This document shows, one piece after another, positions 30,501 through 32,000 of a DNA stretch of 32,000 nt (position 1 is its first letter; each line of letters opens with the position of its first letter). The DNA is from Horticoccus luteus (GTDB lineage Bacteria; Verrucomicrobiota; Verrucomicrobiia; Opitutales; Opitutaceae), in the NCBI RefSeq assembly GCF_019464535.1, contig NZ_CP080507.1, positions 2,310,001-2,342,000 on the forward strand, written 5' to 3'. The position numbers and the translations under genes are program-made. The notes beneath the pieces are model-generated. The model did no database searches. It was not told the DNA's origin and worked only from the letters and a program-made list of their open reading frames with translations.

Positions 30501-32000
30501 ACCGCGCGCGATTACCGCCTCGCCGCCGGCACGTTCACCGCCGAGTCGCTCACCGCGGATACCCCGGGCGCGCCGTGGTTCGGTCCGCTCACGCCCGTCA
30601 CTATCCGCAACCGGTTCACGCAGACGATCCCCGTCGATCTTGCCGCCGGTGATTCCTTCGCGGTCACGAGCCAGATCCCGTGGTCTGGCGACGCCAACAT
30701 CCTCGTCGCCGGGCCATCGTTCACCGTCAGCGGCCGCGGCGACACGCGCACCATCACCACCGATCTCGGCGCCTCGCCGACCGCCGGCCCCGTCTATCTC
30801 ACCGCCACCGCGACCGGCCATGGCGCCACCTTCATCCGCAAGGCCCAGGTCACCGTCGACCCCGCCGTCGTGCGCACACCAGTCGCGCGCGACGACTACA
30901 TCACCTCCCCCGCGCAAGGCAGCACGATCCCCGTCCACGATCTGCTCCTCGCCAACGACTCCGACCCCGACGGCCTGAATCTCTACATCAACGACTACAC
31001 GCAGCCCCAATACGGCACCGTTTCCGAGGTCGGCGGCGTTCTCTCCTACTCCTCGCCCAACGCCGCGAACGGCTACGAAGACTCGTTCACCTACACGATT
31101 ACCAACGGCACCCACACCGCGACCGCCACGGTGCACGTTCTCCATATTCCCAACCGTATCGTTGCCGTCACCTCCGCCGCCGATTCCGACAGCGGCACGC
31201 TCCGCGCCGCGCTCGCCCAAGCCACCCAATATTCCGCCCAAGCCTGGACGCTCTCGCCCATCGGACTTTCCTCGCCCTCGCTCACGCTCGCCACCGCCGC
31301 TGAAAACGACCCCGAACTCGGCGCCTCCGCCCTCGTCATCACCACCGATGTCACGATCGATGGCAGCGGCGTTCCCAATCTCGTCGTGAGCCCGGATGCC
31401 AATGCCGCGCCCATGCGCCTCTTCCGCATCGCCCCCGGCGGCAAGCTCACGCTGCGCAACCTCACCGTCTCCGGCGGCTCCGCCCATCTCGGCGGCGCGA
31501 TCTACAACGAGGGCAAGCTCGTCCTCGATCACGCCACGCTTTCCAACAATACCGCCACCGCTCCCGACGCCGCTACCGCCGGACTCGGCGGCGCGATCTA
31601 CAACGCCGGCGGCTCGGTCACCCTCACCGGCTCCCACCTCGAAACGAACACCGCCGCCGACGCCTCGGGCACCGTTTTCGGCCTCGGCGGTGCGATCTAC
31701 ACCCGCGACGGCGCGGTCACGCTCACCGACTCCGCCCTCGCCGATAACATCGCGCAGAACGGCGCCGGCCTCTACGCCGAAGGCATCACCGGCGCCACCG
31801 CCACGTTCATCACCAGCGTGCTCGACAATCCCGATGGCGTCGCCGACCTCGCCGGCACCGGCAACGTCGCGTTTCACCGCACCCGCAGCACCATCGTTCG
31901 CATCGACGGGCCTTCCGTCGGTTCACTGATCGATCAAACCATCGATCGCAACGACTTCACCGGCGACACCACCGGCGCCGTCGCCTTCACCGCCAGCGAC
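15483..32000 (+). CDS. Giant secreted mosaic surface/adhesin-like protein (beta-helix x7, Ig-like, FG-GAP propeller, cadherin-like repeats, Pmp-like beta-helices); 3' end beyond the window (>=5,506 aa)
   Basis: The frame with codon starts divisible by 3 is stop-free from 15255 to 32000; I checked every stop trinucleotide by hand. ATG 15483 gives the Sec signal peptide MVRRARARLALLVLAITMSVAIARAAQT. The translation is domain-like throughout. The ORF is not in the supplied track, and no listed + ORF uses this frame across the 16.5 kb. Confidence 0.88.
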   Translation, partial: MVRRARARLALLVLAITMSVAIARAAQTLYVRADATAGGNGASWATAYNDLQTAIAAASPSNSNPVEIWIKTGVYKPTTGTNRATRFELKSYLTLRGGFAGTESAASQRTASASATTFTVLSGDIGTPQPDAITATTNVNDLAGRTFDFSTAGLKDNCYNVVHAYGVSYAFLDRVVIAGGCADSTAVSQSQIETMLQPTTADGSGFRQGIDDRVTGGGLFMGNADVVLTDCWVIGNYAKGIGGGIVVRGGSLNLQNNRIARNVSGYAGGGVSAQQTTIAALNGNYFYGNSTPFLGGGLFLQADTGNKYVKAYEATLLATLAGVTVDDSITLPALVSQPLHFDPSILYDKLSEQKTQFKIAKTIAKKAAEKAGLIAPQKLLTNPLTAYATKGFGAALGSSYNWVSTAVTAVDIGVQLAVLLGADPNDPFIRGWSTFSAGFAAYATPSGLAFTIRDFFVDLFAYHPSFEERATKLRNQDYTDHQNTATRTEMLDNHFEHNFSGGYGGGAVFLRANVLLHRCWFVENEATYGGGGAAAFAYNNVDFENSAVLRNRSAFGHPGFTFAFRSVARLVNLTITGNYGATASGFAVGVDAGADASLINCVLWDNTNAQLTKGGADLFATRLADLDDAGVKAYNDAGDSHGLFTGTLDFQYCDVQGLSTLTYGTALFWPTVAYWETNVDPYGMNVASACPDVGEGIRPGAVVLFGAGVGTRGNFSRAPYLLQDVYPHPSSPLINAGSPGTYFHNGTEDDLVRHYRGTQNGRIDVGAVEGNGLLPPGTIVYVNSAASTSGDGLSWAGAKKTLAEALALPLATGNQVWVTAGTYYATPGVDRSVSMHLPPGCILVGGMPFGAASIDASDPVANPTIVSGNIGNPASAADNTSCLLSAHDLADGQETLPRIIRGIRFTAANSTSAAVWVCTPVVIQSCRFDNNAGGRALQISGTSVNNVAAVGQVFDCVFESNAAGGLACSAPRLDVIRTNFFDNTAPASAGLLHTSSYYESELKLERCLFYHNTATAGRGGGAGFNGRSLIIAHTVFADNTATPATDDNSVRGGAGFYWTFIDSNAAYSAPWITVNSIFYGNRLTGTFAPTTLENQQFGLSLDLPAYYPIWSLRKFAGNDIEGLTRLATRNGAEGNVDYDPFFVSPTSHNFSLSVDSLLLNAGSAYSSGTDTTTIVGGFADIGAIESTATSSFVPFALTFTALPATANGRNYTLTTSANPTATSFIWEVRRPGATEWTTVTNDAYTTGAGTRTLTLTTPPHTWNGSIYRLRLVAYGLRYYSLEQTVAILPSFLFVKPTATGTGDGTSWTNACTLPTALGLAVNFTQIWIAQGTIPLSPSYPNRIRIPTGARLYGGFVGTETSLAQRPGVGSAVTHIKSANGEPLFQVIGTNPATDTPTLIDRVTVESNSPSTYTRGPGFQLENANCAFTDVTFSYLWQGARIRNGGQISFTNLTATFCGTALDIDSAAVQITGSQFENCGTTQNTDISAGAIQNFRGTVTIADSTFSSNGGYYAGAIYSAGGSGSIDLQRCRFLDNRGWRWAGAIFVSHDSGTRIANSLLARNQVVSGSGNGGAILNYGSLSIVHCTLVANRAAYDSAISAVGPTSLINSIVWGNTFPDIGHPELQRVIGNTSASNSLVQGGGAYDPFFDPASADYALTAYSPALNRGGTDDALAGTLDLAGHVRRYSGGAADLGASEFAGPPGTPVYLTSPISDQTVYVERTATFTLTGTIGSTVSSTAFTWEYKNGASWAPIAGIPNAVITSSTTGSTLTLTNVTTSQNGLQFRATAPGVGSLGTATLTVKNRVILYVDSRVATSGNGLTWATALKTITEAITRATADTDIWIATGDYADAGITPPPEARVYIGFSGNETSVDQRDPAANPIRVGQPLADVTLVVDDVTTLVPPLTLAAGQSARWQVDTGGGNFVDLVADADRTISLVKGVPGLSLHANLALTGYRYRVVVSDNTGDLFTSDSAQITVIPRPTVYVDAAAASGAHTGADWANAFNDLAAALAAYPAFADFKIAEGTYTAPAGTSFQLRRSLTLTGGYVAGTATRDPAAHLTILQSADGTVASSTALKVNADRGIVDALTVLDGFTFRHAGTGLSLRDASPQLRNCRFENLITGLSAASSTFTIEDSAFTGQTLSAIRTSNQSALTVLRCTFTNNSAGTDVYVGGGAIGLGDGGTQPGPQSLVVNDSTFIGNSAYVGGAISVRNFGSTVTLTRCRFDGNTASDTGGALTCVSGGSVTVRDSAFVRNQSARFGSAIVSDAPLTLAFVTVAANVAGAHPSNAAISTAAPLTVRDSIIWGNTNAGVSQGEYGQYSTNNVTPTFSDSIVDGLLRTAGARLLPFDPRFVDAAHGDFRLAPDSPALGLAQSADLLADETDLTGGPRPAGAAPDLGAYESAAAPAPVYTFTHLPTALSGYSGSDLPALSQSIPVGYSGAWQYNSGSGWVTLPSSSSTALPGARSIFVNSQSSSLFTQLSIFGLSSALDATNLRFVLTAGSNTYPSPAIPITVLPFATLYVDASRGSSGDGASWATAFKTLDEGLAAVDAGHRVLYVAEGSYRGPFVLPMRFEIYGGFPTGGSDFPSRDPSAHPTILTGLAANGTDRTDVVRLAYSGNNYSQPIVDGFVIENGHTGLSADVGVAPTLRHLVVRGHDATGLVLNQSSGASLTDSLFENNAGTDGGAIRTINSSQTTLERVIVRGNSATRGGGLYLADSAILRSVLVTGNVADTGGAIYFAGSSPLLTQVTLAGNRATTAPAIYTRYAPVALRNSIVWGNRATSGDALVQFGSFDSGTYFIFDHVTAEQAPTTTGILRADPLFITAVDPSAAPTTTGDYRVRAVSPAIDAGADAFATGITLDVAGQPRVVGPVDVGAYESTTTGITPLAIAAPPAALAFHRSGSGNTFSISATGAASILWQSAAPNGAWTSLDGAPGFSGATTATLTVTAATPALNGYRFRALVTGTDGSVVTSDAATLTVYVSRLYVNAARAGSETGDGLTWATAFHALDDALAAAPLDPEGTEIWIAAGTYPPATVYTARSGLAFYGGFAGTETSLGERDLSAHVTAFTAAAGQSSIFTTASTPAYALPIRFDGLTFNNSASATAVTNAGRALDFDRVRFTGVAAALSSLYAPVTLRRVEVRGNDSASILVYVLGGSALVENSLFAGNRSSGSGQLTYFAAPTIIRHSTFASNRGDHPPLSFGDANNQTYNSIFWGNRQLSSPATATSLNGAARLYVVWNSVVENLTDLTRVATSLQNNTAADPRFVAPLAATATPFTAGDFSLSSASPAIDLGKNDQTSSDAIDLADHARQHGLYVDPGAYEYQADDIYALTTQPASTYASAVTPATFTVAGSRAATFAWEVSADAGAHYTAIPGATTATLTVPGAAEVDGNLYRARVQFVTGPELVSSAVTLSFLNPVVTASAPAGFATPASFSATANQSVTAWQWQVSTGGGAFTDVPGATSTALDVSGDASFANRTYRVQATFAAGPVVTSNTVAFVYADAVPASTSPAQLAFSVAGGVQPASLTDANFAVLPQFSGRLSLTAGDLTPTFNGAAVSFSFAEPLPAGSRVFVTTTAALRRADGVGARPQVWEYRVPTISGAGAFALPTTLSLATATTLTAGDVDGDGTPDLLVADTDGLRVWRNDGLGAFTADASAFGSANAKALALGSLSANATLDAVVITATGDVEIWTNDAAGHFTLAQTLPSLSARAIALGDLDADGDLDLVVATATGNRVYLNNGSAVFTPGATFGSAAATSVALADFDLDGDLDVIVTSTTNTIIYSNNGSAAFTAALTSATPADRVTTADLDADGRLDVILTRADQPARLWRNTGAFQFTTLAAAPGGGTLATLAAGDIDGDGRADLILTDAVGTTSPWLTAPDLASAPLTAQPLLNLGADVTLADLDGDAALDLVGLDAAGHPIASLYHRTATQLDEGTTASLAAAGFTPAPTTVHLASLPAHGTLLNGVTPVQIGDTFPLAAAASLTYSPAAHFNGLDSFTWSDTDGGAPRTYWLLVKPVVDSITATDDTLTVAQGGTATTLDGAIASVLANDINEDDGAFVAFIVTRPAHGTLTLNSDGTFSYVHDDSETRTDSFTYRAKNLVTGAYADATVAITIQNVNAAPTAIALAPASGTHYTGQPAGDTVALLSASDPDPEDAGLLTFTLVTGTGDTGNADFTLSGTSLVTAGPIDSSLGLTRSLRVRATDPAGLWFEQTFTVSFTQAPTPLAASATLDEDTPAALTLSAAGGAAALTYEIVSAPAHGSLTGTAPNVTYTPSADYNGNDSFTFRVTDGTVTSAPATVSLTINPVNDAPTLATHEITTDEDTPVTFTLDGSDVENDPLTYHIYTSPRLGSLVINGSSATYTPSHLGGQFGTEDAFLLYVDDGSPLGFSSPVLFTAHVAAIPHAPVLDALPGGGFGGNKNEPITFTVHATDLDGGFISYRVGTAPAHGSVRFSGADVTYVPAYNFSGADSFTIVATDGALDSAPLTAIVAVADPVPGAFDLSFTGAQHTTLHGYFQGSDAQNDPLTYQVLTAPAHGSIAQRTEVVTVDSISALTSWVDYTPDAAFNGTDSLTYVAIDPAGQVSDPATITFNVTANNLAPVATDVSVSQLGLASTAAVTLAATDAEGDALTYRIVTPPTHGQLTGDGSAAVTYTLAAAPFVGTDTFTYVANDGSHDSAPATVTLNFTKDVRAAHTVGDLVDVYRGLGTDIDVLANDHDDWGDPMFIFEVTQPAHGTVTKFSDHVYYAHNGDSATDDEFTYTVSNFSGLTVTEHVFITVKDYVINVTSNADSGEGTLRAAIDTVNRYAFTPLTPSGDRAEWTINLLLAADSSIINALTAGASNDIAPAVPDHDTLGASAYEIQGHVTIRGAAPSGRVTLNPIAAGGRLRAFYIDPRAVVTLQDIDVTGGTAHLGGAILNDGALTLENVTLSANTADADADAPGRGGALYNRGDFAHFNTIATLSLTNVAFTGNVATEGAGLYQANGEITAHSVTFSGHDATARDYRLAAGTFTAESLTADTPGAPWFGPLTPVTIRNRFTQTIPVDLAAGDSFAVTSQIPWSGDANILVAGPSFTVSGRGDTRTITTDLGASPTAGPVYLTATATGHGATFIRKAQVTVDPAVVRTPVARDDYITSPAQGSTIPVHDLLLANDSDPDGLNLYINDYTQPQYGTVSEVGGVLSYSSPNAANGYEDSFTYTITNGTHTATATVHVLHIPNRIVAVTSAADSDSGTLRAALAQATQYSAQAWTLSPIGLSSPSLTLATAAENDPELGASALVITTDVTIDGSGVPNLVVSPDANAAPMRLFRIAPGGKLTLRNLTVSGGSAHLGGAIYNEGKLVLDHATLSNNTATAPDAATAGLGGAIYNAGGSVTLTGSHLETNTAADASGTVFGLGGAIYTRDGAVTLTDSALADNIAQNGAGLYAEGITGATATFITSVLDNPDGVADLAGTGNVAFHRTRSTIVRIDGPSVGSLIDQTIDRNDFTGDTTGAVAFTASD
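15567..25457 (+). repeat. Seven tandem beta-helix units within the giant CDS, six complete and one cap-only, most followed by an Ig-like spacer
   Basis: Cap motifs (L/V)(Y/F)V...G.G.(S/T)W..A...L..A(L/I)...W(I/V)..G.Y start at 15567, 17820, 19356, 20901, 21435, 23043 and 24438. Closing D.GA.E motifs end at 17789, 19037, 20573, 22688, 24119 and 25457. Confidence 0.75.
26290..27275 (+). repeat. Seven FG-GAP/VCBS-type repeats (predicted 7-bladed beta-propeller) within the giant CDS
   Basis: The repeats read GDVDGDGTPDLLVAD, (degenerate) ANATLDAVVITATGDVEIW, GDLDADGDLDLVVAT, ADFDLDGDLDVIVTS, ADLDADGRLDVILTR, GDIDGDGRADLILTD and ADLDGDAALDLVGLD. Several are followed by (W/Y)xN(D/N/T)G.(A/G).F. 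Confidence 0.75.
27276..29845 (+). repeat. About nine cadherin-like/'tandem-95'-type ~90-100-aa repeats within the giant CDS
   Basis: Recurrent signatures are (D/E)EDTP..(L/F)TL, P.HG(S/T/Q)(L/V), Y.P...(F/Y)(N/S/V)G.D.F.(Y/F/I)...D and the junctions NPVNDAP, NVNAAP and NNLAP. Confidence 0.7.
29847..32000 (+). repeat. Two Pmp-like 'GGAI' beta-helix modules, separated by an unassigned segment and one cadherin-like repeat, within the giant CDS
   Basis: The caps are INVTSNADSGEGTLRAAI (29850-) and VAVTSAADSDSGTLRAAL (31159-). The coils are HLGGAILND, GRGGALYNR, GAGLYQA, HLGGAIYNEG, GLGGAIYNAG, GLGGAIYTR and GAGLYAE. Confidence 0.7.

Noticed and set aside
15942-31877. Very long minus-strand ORFs over the giant gene (15942-17744, 600 aa; 18564-19604; 19779-21143; 21321-22814; 22848-26030, 1060 aa; 26613-27257; 27267-28139; 28152-29423; 29430-31877, 815 aa), plus many + ORFs in the two other frames.
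   Set aside because: They translate to G/R/A/E/D/V-rich (or, in the + off-frames, P/R/S/T/A-rich) low-complexity sequence with no motifs. They lie exactly antisense or out of frame to a frame that shows clear domain structure. GC3-rich coding sequence depletes stop codons on the opposite strand, so these are shadow ORFs.
1-32000. Search for CRISPR arrays, tRNA or rRNA genes, IS elements, transposases, integrases, reverse transcriptase/DGR components, toxin-antitoxin pairs or known defence genes.
   Set aside because: I recognised none by eye. There are no spaced identical direct repeats, no cloverleaf-like segments in the short intergenic regions and no DDE, tyrosine-recombinase or RT motifs in any plausible frame. 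A proper tRNAscan, Infernal or defence-finder run would be needed to exclude them formally.

Overview
The window is a visibly GC-rich bacterial chromosomal segment (GC judged by eye, not computed). It splits into two very different halves.

**1-14863: housekeeping and transport genes, tightly packed and mostly on the + strand**
- 3' part of DNA topoisomerase III (topB)
- a membrane-anchored helical protein with LTxxQ-type motifs
- class II fructose-bisphosphate aldolase
- a pgsA-pgpA pair on the minus strand, with an ATGA stop/start overlap
- coaD
- a MacA/MacB-type tripartite efflux operon (adaptor, ATPase, FtsX-type permease) followed by an overlapping TPR protein gene
- an NMT1/THI5-type ABC importer (ATPase, permease, binding protein)
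- a co-operonic SAM-dependent methyltransferase

**15483-32000: one uninterrupted + strand reading frame**
- This frame is absent from the supplied ORF track, probably because it has no stop codon inside the window.
- I checked every TAA/TAG/TGA trinucleotide from 15255 to 32000 and none is in this frame.
- It encodes at least 5,506 aa of a signal-peptide-bearing giant mosaic surface protein. In order, it contains:
  - seven tandem beta-helix units, most followed by an Ig-like spacer
  - a seven-repeat FG-GAP (integrin-alpha-like) propeller
  - about nine cadherin-like ~95-aa repeats
  - at least two Pmp-like 'GGAI' beta-helix modules
- The long minus-strand ORFs listed over this region are shadow ORFs.

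**Not found:** rRNA or tRNA genes, CRISPR arrays, transposases or integrases, and recognisable defence or toxin genes.

I do not see a convincing novel multi-gene system. The giant modular gene and its 619-bp non-coding leader are the stand-out accessory-like element. Taxon cannot be proven from the sequence. The protein style is reminiscent of Verrucomicrobiota or Planctomycetota (inference only).
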